Below are positions 1 through 10,247 of a stretch of DNA of 62,590 nucleotides, in pieces. The stretch comes from an uncultured Alphaproteobacteria bacterium. Lineage in GTDB: Bacteria; Pseudomonadota; Alphaproteobacteria; JAAXGF01. The translations under genes were made by a program, and so were the position numbers. Below the pieces are notes generated by a model that was not told where the DNA came from, ran no database searches, and saw only the letters and a program-made list of their open reading frames with translations. The DNA lies in NCBI GenBank assembly GCA_964645285.1, contig CAZYDR010000005.1, positions 1 through 62,590 on the forward strand. The letters are read 5' to 3'. The stretch's first letter is position 1; each line of letters opens with the position of its first letter.

Positions 1-195
1 GAGAAATCCGGCGCCTGGTTCTCCTATGCCGACCAGCGGATCGGCCAGGGCCGCGAGAACGCCAAGCAGTTCCTGCACGAAAACCCCGAGATGGCCGCCG
101 ACATCGAAGCCCGCGTGCGCGAAGACGCCGGGCTGGTCGACAAGACCGCCCTGGCCGAGGCGGAAACCCCGGTCGACATTGCCGTGGGCGCCTGA
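1..195 (+). CDS. recA: RecA recombinase, C-terminal end (5' part outside window)
   Basis: Frame 1 from base 1 reads [46 protein letters not shown]...IAVGA with TGA at 193-195, a typical RecA C-terminus. It is followed by a terminator and alaS, a common alphaproteobacterial arrangement. Confidence 0.9.
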   Translation, partial: EKSGAWFSYADQRIGQGRENAKQFLHENPEMAADIEARVREDAGLVDKTALAEAETPVDIAVGA

Positions 196-203
196 GCCCT
201 CAT

Positions 204-215
204 CCCCCCCCCCCC
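204..215. repeat. C12 homopolymer tract
   Basis: 12 consecutive C read directly at 204-215, between the recA stop and its terminator. Confidence 0.95.
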
Positions 216-223
216 GGGAACGG

Positions 224-262
224 AACGCGCGGCGCCTTGTATTCAGCGCCGCGCGTTTCGTT
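224..262 (+). terminator. Rho-independent terminator of recA
   Basis: Perfect 12-bp stem AACGCGCGGCGC (224-235) / GCGCCGCGCGTT (246-257), 10-nt loop, T-rich tail TTTCGTT. Confidence 0.7.
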
Positions 263-400
263 ATGGGGCGCAAGGCCGCCCGTGGCGTTGGACTCGCCCT
301 AGCGGCAGGATTAAAACGCTGGCCAGATAACAGCCAGTAGCCCTGTTTCCATCGTTGATTCGGGGTATCATCGGGCGGAACAAGGGACCATATTTCGGCG

Positions 401-3052
401 ATGCAAACCACCAGCGACATCCGAACCGCGTTCATCGATTATTTCGTCGACGCCGGCCACACCGCGGTGGCGTCAGCGCCGCTGGTGCCGCTCAACGATC
501 CCACCCTGCTGTTCGTCAACGCCGGAATGGTGCAGTTCAAGAACGTGTTCACCGGGCTCGAGAAACGCGATTACGTGCGCGCGGTCACGTCGCAGAAATG
601 CGTCCGCGCCGGCGGCAAGCACAACGATCTCGAAAATGTTGGCTACACCGCGCGCCACCACACCTTCTTCGAGATGCTCGGCAACTTCTCGTTCGGCGAT
701 TATTTCAAGGACCACGCCATCGAGCTGGCGTGGAATCTGGTGACCGACGAATTCGGCCTCAACGCCGGGCGCCTGCTGGTCACGGTCTATCACGAGGACG
801 ACCAGGCCTTCGATTTGTGGAAGAAGATCGCCGGCCTGCCCGATGATCGCATCATTCGCATCGCCACCAGCGACAACTTCTGGGCCATGGGCGATAGCGG
901 CCCCTGCGGCCCCTGTTCGGAAATCTTCTACGATCACGGCGACCATATCCCCGGCGGCCCGCCGGGCAGCCCCGATGAGGACGGCGACCGCTTCATCGAA
1001 ATCTGGAACCTGGTGTTCATGCAGTTCGAGCAGCTTGGTCCCGATGAGCGCATTGACCTGCCGCGCCCATCCATCGACACCGGCATGGGCCTCGAGCGCA
1101 TTGCCGCGGTCATGCAGGGGGTCCACGACAACTACGATATCGACCTCATGCGCCACATCATGGAGGCCACCGCCGACATCAGTGGCTTTGCCATCGGCGG
1201 CGCCCAGGGCAACGCCCACCGGGTCATCGCCGATCACTTGCGGGCCACCAGTTTCCTGCTGGCCGATGGCGTCATGCCATTCAATGAGGGCCGGGGCTAT
1301 GTGCTGCGCCGGATCATGCGCCGCGCCATGCGCCATGCCCACATGATGGGCTGCAAGGATCCGCTCATGTGGCAACTGGTGCCCGCCCTGATCAGCCAGA
1401 TGGGCCAGGCCTTCCCGGAACTGGTACGCGCCGAAGCGCTGATCACCGAGACCCTCAAACTCGAGGAAACCCGCTTCAAGCAGACCCTCGACCGTGGCCT
1501 GCGATTGCTCGACGAGGCCACCGATGATCTCGACCAGGGCGCCGAGCTGTCCGGCGACGTCGCCTTCAAGCTCTACGACACCTACGGTTTTCCCTTCGAC
1601 CTTACCGAAGACGTGCTGCGTGGTCGCGGCCTCGGCGTCGACCGCGCCGGCTTCGACGCGGCCATGGAGCGCCAGCGGGCCGAGGCTCGAGCCGCCTGGT
1701 CGGGTTCCGGCGACGCCGCCACCGAGAAGGTTTGGTTCGACATCCGCGAGGACAATGGCGCCACCGAGTTTCTCGGCTACGAGACCGAGACCGCCGAGGC
1801 CCAGGTTATCGCCCTGGTGGTCGACGGCGCCCCGGTCGATCAAGCCGGACCGGGCACGGACGTGGCCCTGGTCGTCAACCAGACCCCGTTCTATGGCGAG
1901 TCCGGTGGTCAGGCCGGCGACAGCGGCGTCGTCACCAGCGCCGGCGGCGCCCACTTGACCGTTGGCAACACCGAGAAACACCTGGGCGACCTCCATGTCC
2001 ACATGGGCACGGTGACCGAGGGCGAGCTTCAGCTCGACGATGTGGTCGAGCTGGCGGTCGATGGGTCGCGCCGCACCCTGCTGCGCGCCAATCACTCGGC
2101 GACTCATCTGTTGCACGAGGCCTTGCGCCGCCGCCTGGGCGACCACGTCACCCAGAAGGGCTCCCTGGTCGCGGCTGACCGCCTGCGCTTCGACTTCAGC
2201 CAGCCGCGGCCGCTGTCCGCCGACGACCTTGCCGCCGTCGAAGCCGACGTCAACGCCCAGGTCCGCGGCAACTCCGACGTCACCACGACCATCATGAGCC
2301 CCGACGAGGCGGTCGAGCACGGCGCCATGGCCCTGTTCGGCGAGAACTACGGCGACGAGGTCCGGGTCCTGGCCATGGGCCACGATAGCGCCGAAAATCG
2401 GCCTTATTCCCTCGAGCTATGCGGCGGCACCCATGCCCGGCGCACCGGCGATATCGGGGCTTTCAAGATCACCAGCGAAGGCGCGGTCGCCGCCGGTGTC
2501 CGCCGTGTCGAAGCCCTGACCGGCGCGGCCGCTCTCGACTACCTCAACGGACGCGCCCAAATCGTCGCCCATGCGGCAGCGGCGCTCAAGGCCAACCCCA
2601 CGGAGCTCAGCGCCCGCATCGGCGCCCTGGTCGAGCAACGCAAGACCCTCGAGCGCGATCTGGCCGAGGCCCGGCGAAAACTGGTGACCGGCGCCCAGGG
2701 CAGTGGTGGCGACGACGGCCTGCGCGATGCCGGCGGCGTTAAGCTTTCCGCCCGCCTGCTCGAAGGAACCGCGCCCAAGGACTTGCGCGGCCTGGCCGAC
2801 GACCTCAAGAATCAGCTGGGTTCCGGCGTGGTCGCCCTGATCGCCGTCAACGAGGGCAAGGCGGCCCTGGTGGTGGCGGTCACCGACGATCTCACCGAGC
2901 GCTTCAGCGCCGTTGATCTGGTCCGCGCCGGGGCCGAGGTGCTGGGCGGCAAGGGTGGCGGCGGCCGTCCCGACATGGCCCAGGCCGGCGGGCCTGATGG
3001 GGCCAAGGCCGACGACGCCTTCGACGCCATTGCCAAGGCCATCACCGGGTGA
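401..3052 (+). CDS. alaS: Alanine--tRNA ligase
   Basis: 883-aa ORF. N-terminus [15 protein letters not shown]..., class II core motifs (FTNAGM-like [27 protein letters not shown]), editing-domain HSATHLLH and C-terminal [15 protein letters not shown]. Confidence 0.97.
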   Translation: MQTTSDIRTAFIDYFVDAGHTAVASAPLVPLNDPTLLFVNAGMVQFKNVFTGLEKRDYVRAVTSQKCVRAGGKHNDLENVGYTARHHTFFEMLGNFSFGDYFKDHAIELAWNLVTDEFGLNAGRLLVTVYHEDDQAFDLWKKIAGLPDDRIIRIATSDNFWAMGDSGPCGPCSEIFYDHGDHIPGGPPGSPDEDGDRFIEIWNLVFMQFEQLGPDERIDLPRPSIDTGMGLERIAAVMQGVHDNYDIDLMRHIMEATADISGFAIGGAQGNAHRVIADHLRATSFLLADGVMPFNEGRGYVLRRIMRRAMRHAHMMGCKDPLMWQLVPALISQMGQAFPELVRAEALITETLKLEETRFKQTLDRGLRLLDEATDDLDQGAELSGDVAFKLYDTYGFPFDLTEDVLRGRGLGVDRAGFDAAMERQRAEARAAWSGSGDAATEKVWFDIREDNGATEFLGYETETAEAQVIALVVDGAPVDQAGPGTDVALVVNQTPFYGESGGQAGDSGVVTSAGGAHLTVGNTEKHLGDLHVHMGTVTEGELQLDDVVELAVDGSRRTLLRANHSATHLLHEALRRRLGDHVTQKGSLVAADRLRFDFSQPRPLSADDLAAVEADVNAQVRGNSDVTTTIMSPDEAVEHGAMALFGENYGDEVRVLAMGHDSAENRPYSLELCGGTHARRTGDIGAFKITSEGAVAAGVRRVEALTGAAALDYLNGRAQIVAHAAAALKANPTELSARIGALVEQRKTLERDLAEARRKLVTGAQGSGGDDGLRDAGGVKLSARLLEGTAPKDLRGLADDLKNQLGSGVVALIAVNEGKAALVVAVTDDLTERFSAVDLVRAGAEVLGGKGGGGRPDMAQAGGPDGAKADDAFDAIAKAITG

Positions 3053-3819
3053 CCATGACCGTCGCCGATAGCTGGTTCAAACGCCAGCAAATGGACGACG
3101 GCATAACCCGGATTTTTGAGCCCCGCATCCACCACTTCCTGCGCTGCAATGTGTGGCACGTGCCGGGCCGTGAGCGCCATATGATTGTCGATACGTCGCT
3201 TGGTATCGTCTCCCTGCGCGACGCCGCCCGTGATCTTCTGCAAAAGCCTGTCATCGCCGCCGCCAGCCACAGCCATTTCGACCATATGGGCGGCCACCAC
3301 GAGTTTGACGAGCGCCTGATCCACAGCGCCGAAGCGGCGGCCATGGCCGAAGCCGGGCGCGAGATGACCCCGCGAGTCGCTGCCTATGGCGGCGCAGCGC
3401 AGGCGGTCGAGGCCGACTACACCATGCCCGAGGATGGCGAGTTCCTCAGCGCCCTGCCCTTTGAGGGCTTCGATCCGGTCGGCCGGATGATCGAGCCGGC
3501 GGAACCCACCTGGCTGGTCGAGGATGGCGACATTGTCGACCTCGGCGACCGAGCCTTCGAGGTGTTGCATTTTCCCGGCCATTCGCCGGGCAGTATCGGC
3601 CTGTGGGAAGCCGCTACCGGCACCCTGTTCTCGGGCGACGCCATCTACGACGGGCCGCTCCTCGAAGACGTCATCGACGACTACATTGCGACCATGGAGC
3701 GCCTGAGAACCCTCCCCGTCACCGTCGTCCACGGCGGCCACGAACCCAGTTTCGGGCGCGAACGGATGATTGAAATCTGCGACAGCTACCTGGCGAAGTG
3801 GAATGCCAACCCCTTGTGA
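3049..3819 (+). CDS. MBL-fold metallo-hydrolase
   Basis: 256-aa ORF with the HxHxDH zinc motif ([12 protein letters not shown]) and a later [12 protein letters not shown] 3049 overlaps the alaS TGA (GTGA); ATG 3055 is an alternative start. Confidence 0.8.
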   Translation: MTMTVADSWFKRQQMDDGITRIFEPRIHHFLRCNVWHVPGRERHMIVDTSLGIVSLRDAARDLLQKPVIAAASHSHFDHMGGHHEFDERLIHSAEAAAMAEAGREMTPRVAAYGGAAQAVEADYTMPEDGEFLSALPFEGFDPVGRMIEPAEPTWLVEDGDIVDLGDRAFEVLHFPGHSPGSIGLWEAATGTLFSGDAIYDGPLLEDVIDDYIATMERLRTLPVTVVHGGHEPSFGRERMIEICDSYLAKWNANPL

Positions 3820-3868
3820 CCATGAGGTTTCCGGCGCAGAGTAGTATCAGTTAGCTGGAGGACAGAGA

Positions 3869-5355
3869 ATGCAACTGGCCGAATTTCTCATGGCCCGCGG
3901 CATGTGACGCTGGAGGACGCCGCCCGGGCAGCCGCCCATCAGGCGGAGAACGGCGGCAGGATCGACGACAGTCTGCTGGCTCTCGGCATGGTCACTGACG
4001 AGTTGATCGCCGAAGCCAAAGACTATGTGCCCAAGGCGCCGATGACGGTGGAGGGCACTGGGCTGCCGCCGACCAGCCTGATGCCGCTGCTGCTCAAATT
4101 TATCTACGTGGAGCAGCGCGAGACGCCGGCCGAGTTCATGGACGCCCTAAAACTGCCCTACAATATCGTCAAGAGCCTGCTCGACGATCTGGTCGAGATG
4201 AAACTTCTGCAATCTCTCGGCTCAGGTACAGCCGGCGGCACCGGCGGCGTTGGCGGCCTCGCCGGCATGCGCTACGGTTTGACGGAACGCGGTCACGACG
4301 CGGCATCGGAAGCCATGAAACGCAACCGCTACATCAGGCCGGCGCCGGTCTTCCTCAACGTCTTCCAGGCGCAGGTTCTGAAACAGTCAATTTCCTCCGA
4401 GTAAATTGGCGTCGAGCGGGTCACCGAATGTTTTTCCGACCTGGTTGTCGGCGACCACTTTGTTCGCCAGATCGGCCCAGCGGTCAATTCGGGCCGCGCG
4501 GTGCTGCTCTACGGCCCGGCGGGCAATGGCAAGACCTCGGTCGCCAGTCGCGTAGCCGACATCTTTACCGACATCATTTTCGTGCCCTATACCATCGACG
4601 TCGAAGGCCAGATCATCCAGCTCTACGATTCGGCGGTCCATCTGCCGGCCGATATTCCCGATCTGGCGACGGAGGTTCCCGAGCACAGCAAGGGCCTGCG
4701 CCGCGACGAAGTCGATCGCCGCTGGTTCGCCTGCAAGCGACCCGCGGTGATCGTCGGCGGCGAACTGACCCTGGAAATGCTCGACCTCGCCTATAGCGAC
4801 GTGTCCAATTTCTATGAGGCGCCGATGCATGCGAAGGCGCTCAACGGCACCTTCATCGTCGATGACTTCGGGCGCCAACTGGTCGACCCGGGCAAGCTGC
4901 TCAATCGCTGGATCGTGCCCATGGAGAACCGGGTCGATTTCTTTAAGCTCAAGACCGGGCGGACCATCGAAATTCCCTTCGACGAACTGCTTATCTTCTC
5001 CACCAACATGGAACCCCGGAACCTGATCTATCCGGCCTTCTTACGGCGTATTCCCTACAAGATCGAACTCGGCGCGCCGACCTTGGACGAATACCGCAGG
5101 GCCTTCCGAATGGTTGCCGAGAATGCCGGCATGGAGCTGCCCGAGGATGTGCTCGATTTCATCGTCGATCGGCTGGCCGCCAACGAAGACCATACCTTGG
5201 GATTTTATCAGGCCCGTTTCATCACCGATCACGTGCTCGCCGCCTGCAAGTATCTGGATACCCCGCCCAGCTTCACCCGCGATGGCGTGGTCGATGCGCT
5301 GAAAAATCTCTACATCAGTTACGATGCCGAGCCCCGGGGCGGGCTAGTAGCTTAA
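3869..5355 (+). pseudogene. AAA+ ATPase with MshEN/T2SS-E-N-like N-terminus and winged-helix-like middle region, interrupted
   Basis: SD GGAGGA (3857-3862) plus ATG 3869 opens MQLAEFLMARGM*, whose TGA (3905-3907) overlaps GTG 3904 of the 166-aa ORF. In-frame TAA at 4402-4404 lies 33 codons before Walker A (LLYGPAGNGKT), and the same frame continues through it (..SISSE*IGVERVTECFSDLVVGDHFVRQIG..). Walker B is FIVDDFGRQ and sensor-1 is IFSTN. Confidence 0.6.
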
Positions 5356-6315
5356 CTGCTTGTCAACCAAGCCCAACAGCGGCTTACCGCGACGGTAGCG
5401 GCACAGGTTTTCCATAAAGCGATCGAGGTTGCGGCCGGCGCGAAGCTGGCTGGCACCCGCCGTATGAGGGCTCATGACCACGTTGGGGAAGCGCCAAAGG
5501 GGGTCGTCGGCCGGCAACGGCTCAATGTGGTGAACGTCGAGGCCGGCACCTCCCAGCTGTCCCGATTCGAGTGCCGCCACCAACGCCGGATGGTCGACCA
5601 GTTCGCCCCGCGTGACATTGAGCAACAGGGCGCCGGGCCTCATGGCGGCAAAGCGGCCGGCATCGATCATGGCTTTGCTCTCGGCGGCAAACGGGGCGCA
5701 AATCGCCACCACGTCAGATCCGGCCAGCATGGCGTCGAGGTGGTCGAGACGCTCAACCGCGGACACAAGATCATCGCCTTCCACCGGGTCGCGGTCGACG
5801 GCGCGAACGGTCATGCCGAACCCGGCGGCGCGGCGCGCGATGGCCCGTCCGCTACCACCGTAGCCGACGATGCCCATGACCCGCCCCTCAAGCTCCGTGG
5901 CGCGTACGCGATAGGCAAGGCGCTTATCCCAGGCCCCATGACCATGGCGGATGGCCTCAGCCAGCTGACGAGTCAGGGCCAGCAACAGACCCATGGCGTG
6001 GTCGGCCAGATGGGAGCCGACCAGCCCTTTCTCACAGGTCAGGATTACGTCGCCGTCACGCAAGGCCGGATACAGTATGTGGTCAACGCCCGACGACGTC
6101 GCCTAGACCCACTTCACCTGGCTCGCGGCGGTGAACAGTTCCTCGTCGATGCTGCCCAATATCACCTCGGCCTCGGGCGCCGCCGCCATGGCCTGATCGC
6201 GGTTCGTAGCGACGGTGACCACCGCATTCGGACCGGCCGCCGCGGCCACGGCCAAGCGAACCTCTTCGCTGACCTCGGTCAGGATCACGCGGTCGTTGAC
6301 GATAAGAATATTCAC
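5344..6315 (-). pseudogene. D-isomer-specific 2-hydroxyacid dehydrogenase with internal TAG
   Basis: The N-terminal segment (GTG 6315; VNILIVNDRV...SQVKWV) and the C-terminal 239 codons (ATSSGVDHILYPAL..., NAD motif GIVGYGGSGRAIA) share one frame. They are separated only by TAG at 6103-6105, where the family consensus has Gln (KW[VI]Q.TSAGVD). Confidence 0.7.
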
Positions 6316-6320
6316 GGAAA

Positions 6321-8282
6321 CTACACCGCGACGCCGGCCTTGAGTCCCTCGAACACAGCTTCCTCCGCAGTTCGCGCCACCATGGCATCGCCGATCATGC
6401 GGGTCTCGCCGGACCAGTCGGCCAGGGCGTCGCCAAGGCTGTCCACGGACTCGTGGCCGAGGAAGTAGACCAAGGTCTCCATGCCGTCGCAGATGATCGG
6501 CTCGCCGCTGGTGGTGTGCTGGAAGTAGGCGGTATCGCTGTCGACCCCGTAGAGCCGGGCCAGAGGAATGATCTCGACCCCAAGCTTGTGGAGATCGCCA
6601 AGCCAGCGGTCGCGAACATATTGCTGGATGGTCTGGCCGGGCATGTAACCGTTGACCGCCAGGCGCACCCGGCTGCCAGCGGTGGCCAGCTTCTCGGCCA
6701 GGCCGAGGCCGATCCAGTCGCAACGCCAGTCGGCGATGACCACGTCGGCGCCGACATTGGCCTCGTCGCGGATCACCGACCAACTATCGACCACATGGGC
6801 CTCTTCGGCGCCCTCGATGGGCGGCTTGTTGACGGTGGCGCCGGTGGCGACAATCACCACGTCCGGCGCCTCAGCCTCGACCAGGGCGCGATCGACCGTG
6901 GTGTTGAGCACAACCCGCACGCCGGCCAATTCCATCTCGCGTGCCAGATTGGTCACCAGGCCACCGAACTCGGCCCGGCCGGGCAACAGCTGGGCCAACA
7001 GCACCTGGCCGCCAAGGCGCGCGCCACCCTCGTAGAGGGTCACGTCGTGGCCACGCTCAGCGGCCACGGCGGCGGCCTTCATACCCGCTGGCCCGCCACC
7101 GGCGACCAGCACCCTGCGGGCTGGCGCGGCCGGCGCTCGGGTACCGTATTCAAGCTCGCGCCCGGTTTCGGGATACTGCAGGCAGGAGAGGCCGAAGCCT
7201 TCGAGGATGTGGCCGATGCAGGCCTGATTGCAGGCGATGCAGGCGCGGATATCGTCGGTGCGCCCGGCGGCCGCCTTGTTGGCCATCTCCGGGTCGGCGA
7301 TCATCGCCCGGGTCATGCCGCACATATCGGCCTGGCCGCTGGCGACAATGGCTTCGGCCTTCTGAGGCTGGTTGATGCGCCCGGCGACGAACACCGGTAT
7401 ATCGACCCGCTCCTTCACCGCCTGGGCGAAGGGCGCCACATAGCCGGGGTCGATGTTCATGGGCGGCACGATGTGGACCGAACCGCCCAAGGTCGCCGAC
7501 GACCCGGCGATGACGTTGACGTAGTCGAACACGCCGTCGCCGCCAAGGGCTTCGATGATTTCGAGAGTTTCGTCGGGCTGCAACCCCTCGGGGCCGATTT
7601 CGTCGCCGGAAATACGCAATCCCGCCACCCGGTCGTCGGGCAGCGCCGCGCGCACCGCCTCGCCGATCTCGCGTAGCAGACGCATGCGGTTCTCAAAGCT
7701 GCCACCGTATATGTCCGTTCGGCGGTTAACGCGGGGGCTGAGAAACTGGGCCGGCAGATAGCCCTGGCTGGCGATTACCTCGACACCGTCGTAGCCGGCA
7801 TTGATCATCCGCCCGGCCCCGGCGCCATAAGCCTCGATCACTTCGGTAACCAGCGAAATGGGCATCTCGCGCGGCATGATGTGGAAGCGCTCGTTGGCCG
7901 TCGCCGAGGCACTGTAGGGCACCGGCGCGGTGCCGTCGGTAGTGTGCAGGACCTCGCGGCCGGGATGAAAAAGCTGGCCGAAAATGCGGCAGTCGTGACG
8001 GTGAACCGCGTCGGTCAGACGACGCAGGCCGGGGCCGCTATCGTCGTTACGCACCTGCAGGATGCCATCGGAATAGGCCGCCGACTCGTGGACCACGGTG
8101 GCTTCGGTGATAATCAGTCCGGTGCCACCCCGGGCGCGGGCCTCGTGATAGGCGATCATGGCATCGCCCGGCGCCTCGTCTTCGGCGAGAAATGTGCCGT
8201 GGCCGGTGGAGAAAATGCGGTTGCGGATTTCGACGCCACGAATGCGCAGCGGCGAAAACAGATTGGGGAAAGACCCGTTCAT
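6321..8282 (-). CDS. NADH:flavin oxidoreductase (OYE-like FMN domain + 4Fe-4S Cys cluster + FAD/NAD(P) domain), 2,4-dienoyl-CoA reductase-like
   Basis: 653-aa ORF. N-terminus LFSPLRIRGVEIRNRIFSTGHGT, Cys motif CIACNQACIGH, dinucleotide fold VLVAGGGPAGMKAA. Confidence 0.85.
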   Translation of the reverse strand: MNGSFPNLFSPLRIRGVEIRNRIFSTGHGTFLAEDEAPGDAMIAYHEARARGGTGLIITEATVVHESAAYSDGILQVRNDDSGPGLRRLTDAVHRHDCRIFGQLFHPGREVLHTTDGTAPVPYSASATANERFHIMPREMPISLVTEVIEAYGAGAGRMINAGYDGVEVIASQGYLPAQFLSPRVNRRTDIYGGSFENRMRLLREIGEAVRAALPDDRVAGLRISGDEIGPEGLQPDETLEIIEALGGDGVFDYVNVIAGSSATLGGSVHIVPPMNIDPGYVAPFAQAVKERVDIPVFVAGRINQPQKAEAIVASGQADMCGMTRAMIADPEMANKAAAGRTDDIRACIACNQACIGHILEGFGLSCLQYPETGRELEYGTRAPAAPARRVLVAGGGPAGMKAAAVAAERGHDVTLYEGGARLGGQVLLAQLLPGRAEFGGLVTNLAREMELAGVRVVLNTTVDRALVEAEAPDVVIVATGATVNKPPIEGAEEAHVVDSWSVIRDEANVGADVVIADWRCDWIGLGLAEKLATAGSRVRLAVNGYMPGQTIQQYVRDRWLGDLHKLGVEIIPLARLYGVDSDTAYFQHTTSGEPIICDGMETLVYFLGHESVDSLGDALADWSGETRMIGDAMVARTAEEAVFEGLKAGVAV

Positions 8283-8298
8283 GACCTGAGCGCCCGCC

Positions 8299-9243
8299 TC
8301 AGGCGACCGCGCGTTGGTTCAGCACTGCGCTCACCGGGGTGCCGAGCCAGCCTGCCGCGCGCTTCTCCCAGTACAGGGAATGAAGCTTCGCCGACAGCGC
8401 ACCGGGCGCGCCGTTGGACAGCACCCGGTCGTCGACCTTGATCACCGGCATGATGCCGCCAGCGGTCGAGCAGATAAAGACCTCGTCGGCTTCGTGCAGG
8501 TCTTCCGGCACATAGTCGCCGGCATGACAGGGCACGCCGGTCTCGGCGGCCAGGTCGAACACGGTCTGCCGGGTAATGCCTTCGAGCATGTTGCGGGCCG
8601 GGGTGTGGAGTTCGCCATCCTTGATGAAAAAGACATTGAAGCCGGGACCTTCGGCGAGCATGCCGTCGGGGGTGCAAAGCACCGCATTGTGGGCGCCGGC
8701 GTCAGCGGCCTCGATCTTGGCGCGCACCAGATCGCCCCAATGGAAGTTCTTGAACCGGGCATCGACGCACTCGTCGGGAATGCGCCGGGTCTTGGCGACG
8801 ATGATGTCGATGCCCTTTTGCTGAATCTCCAGCGGCACGATCCAGACATAGGGAATAGCGTAGGCAATGAAGTTGACATGGGTGTCGCGCAGATCGGGAA
8901 CGAAGCCGCGAATGAAGCCCTTGTTGGTGCCGCGGGTCAACATCATGTCGACGTAGGACAATTCGCCGACACCGCCGCGCTCGACGCATTCGGCGAGGAT
9001 GTGCTTGATCTCTTCGGCGCTGTAGGGGCTTCTCATACCAACGCCGGCACAGGAGCGCAGGAAGCGGGCCACGTGATCGTCGAGCCGGAAGAACTGGCCA
9101 TTGCTGGTCGAGGTCACGTCGTAGACTACGTCGCTCTTGCTGAAGCCGCTGTCGAATACGGAAATCTTGGCGTCCTCGAGCGCCACGTACTCACCATCGA
9201 CAAATGCCATCCCGTCGCCCATAGCCATCTCCTCCGAATTCAA
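8299..9243 (-). CDS. Fold-type-IV (class IV) PLP aminotransferase, BCAT / D-amino-acid / R-amine transaminase family
   Basis: 314-aa ORF with FFRLDDH, PYVWIV, KNFHWGDLVRAKIEAADAGA, EGPGFNVF and CSTAGGIMPV stretches. The start could also be an internal Met at 9228 or 9222. Confidence 0.85.
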   Translation of the reverse strand: MNSEEMAMGDGMAFVDGEYVALEDAKISVFDSGFSKSDVVYDVTSTSNGQFFRLDDHVARFLRSCAGVGMRSPYSAEEIKHILAECVERGGVGELSYVDMMLTRGTNKGFIRGFVPDLRDTHVNFIAYAIPYVWIVPLEIQQKGIDIIVAKTRRIPDECVDARFKNFHWGDLVRAKIEAADAGAHNAVLCTPDGMLAEGPGFNVFFIKDGELHTPARNMLEGITRQTVFDLAAETGVPCHAGDYVPEDLHEADEVFICSTAGGIMPVIKVDDRVLSNGAPGALSAKLHSLYWEKRAAGWLGTPVSAVLNQRAVA

Positions 9244-9284
9244 TGGAACCGCAGCGATTAACGTCCCCTAAATTGACGGCGGCG

Positions 9285-10247
9285 TCAATTCATCGGCTCA
9301 CGATTGGGATGGCGCAGGCGTGGATTGCTCAGCACCGAAATAATGTCGGCGATGAGAAATAGGAGAATATAGATCGCCGCGAAGATCATGCCGCAAGCCT
9401 GGACCACGGGCAGGTCGCGCCGCACCACGGACTCGACCATATAGCTACCCATACCGCGATAGGAGAACAGCGTCTCGATAATCACCACCCCGACAATCAG
9501 GTGGGCGGTGACCATGAGCGTCACGTTGATGATTGGCGCGACCGCGTTGGGTAGGGCATGGTGCAGAACAATCCGCCACGGCGACATGCCCTTGAGATGG
9601 GCCATCTCGATATAGTCGTCGCCCAGTACGTTGAGGATGCTGGCCCGGGTTAGCCGCATGATCGGAGCCAACGATATCAGGGTCAGAACGAGAACTGGCA
9701 GAGCCAGGCCATGGAGCCGGTCGGGCCAGGAAATATCCCGAACCCAGGCGGTGTGAGCGGGAAATATCCGAAATGTGACGACGAACAGAAAGGCCAGGAA
9801 ATAGGCCAGCACGAAGTCGGGTACCGAGAACAGAACCAGGGTTCCCAGGGTGGTTGTACGGTCGAAGACGGTACCCTTCCTGGCCGCCGCCCAGGTACCC
9901 AGCGCAAGACCGAGCGGCACCGCGAAAAGCGCCGTCAGCGCCGCCAACAACATGGAGTTGTAGAACCGCGGTTCAATAATCTCCCACACCGGCCGCCACC
10001 ATATCCACGACCGTCCGAAGTCGAGAACCAGGGCGTTGGCCATCCATTCGAAGTAACGCACATAGGCGGGACGATTGAGGCCAAACGCCTCGCGGATTTC
10101 GGCCAGTCGCGCCGCCGTGCGGCCACGCCCGAGGACGGCGTCGGCGAAATCGCCGGGCAGAAATTCAAGAATCCAGAACAGCATGGACGACAGCACGATC
10201 AACGCGACCACCGAGATAGCCACCCGGGTGAGAATCAATTTCGCCAT
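9285..10247 (-). CDS. ABC transporter permease, DppB/OppB (peptide/nickel) family, with no partner genes adjacent
   Basis: ATG 10247 gives MAKLILTRVAISVVALIVLSSMLFWILEFLPGDFADAVLG..., the typical DppB N-terminus, with 6 TM-like segments. No DppC/D/F or binding protein is next to it. Confidence 0.8.
   Translation of the reverse strand: MAKLILTRVAISVVALIVLSSMLFWILEFLPGDFADAVLGRGRTAARLAEIREAFGLNRPAYVRYFEWMANALVLDFGRSWIWWRPVWEIIEPRFYNSMLLAALTALFAVPLGLALGTWAAARKGTVFDRTTTLGTLVLFSVPDFVLAYFLAFLFVVTFRIFPAHTAWVRDISWPDRLHGLALPVLVLTLISLAPIMRLTRASILNVLGDDYIEMAHLKGMSPWRIVLHHALPNAVAPIINVTLMVTAHLIVGVVIIETLFSYRGMGSYMVESVVRRDLPVVQACGMIFAAIYILLFLIADIISVLSNPRLRHPNREPMN

Noticed and set aside
473-2383. 636-aa ORF antisense to alaS. 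Similar long antisense or out-of-frame ORFs include 5464-6468, 6453-7676, 8314-9261, 11707-12891, 17577-18605, 28171-29286, 40602-42488, 48196-49527 and 53484-54635.
   Set aside because: These are typical high-GC shadow ORFs. They lie entirely inside well-supported genes on the other strand or frame, their translations are low-complexity (Arg/Ala/Gly/Pro-rich) with no family resemblance, and they have no SD or start context.
6316-6783. Upstream part of the 226-aa minus-strand ORF 6103-6783.
   Set aside because: Only the last ~70 codons (from GTG 6315) match the dehydrogenase N-terminal domain. The rest overlaps the 3' end of the flavoprotein gene 6321-8282 in another frame and is Arg/Pro/Gly-rich noise.
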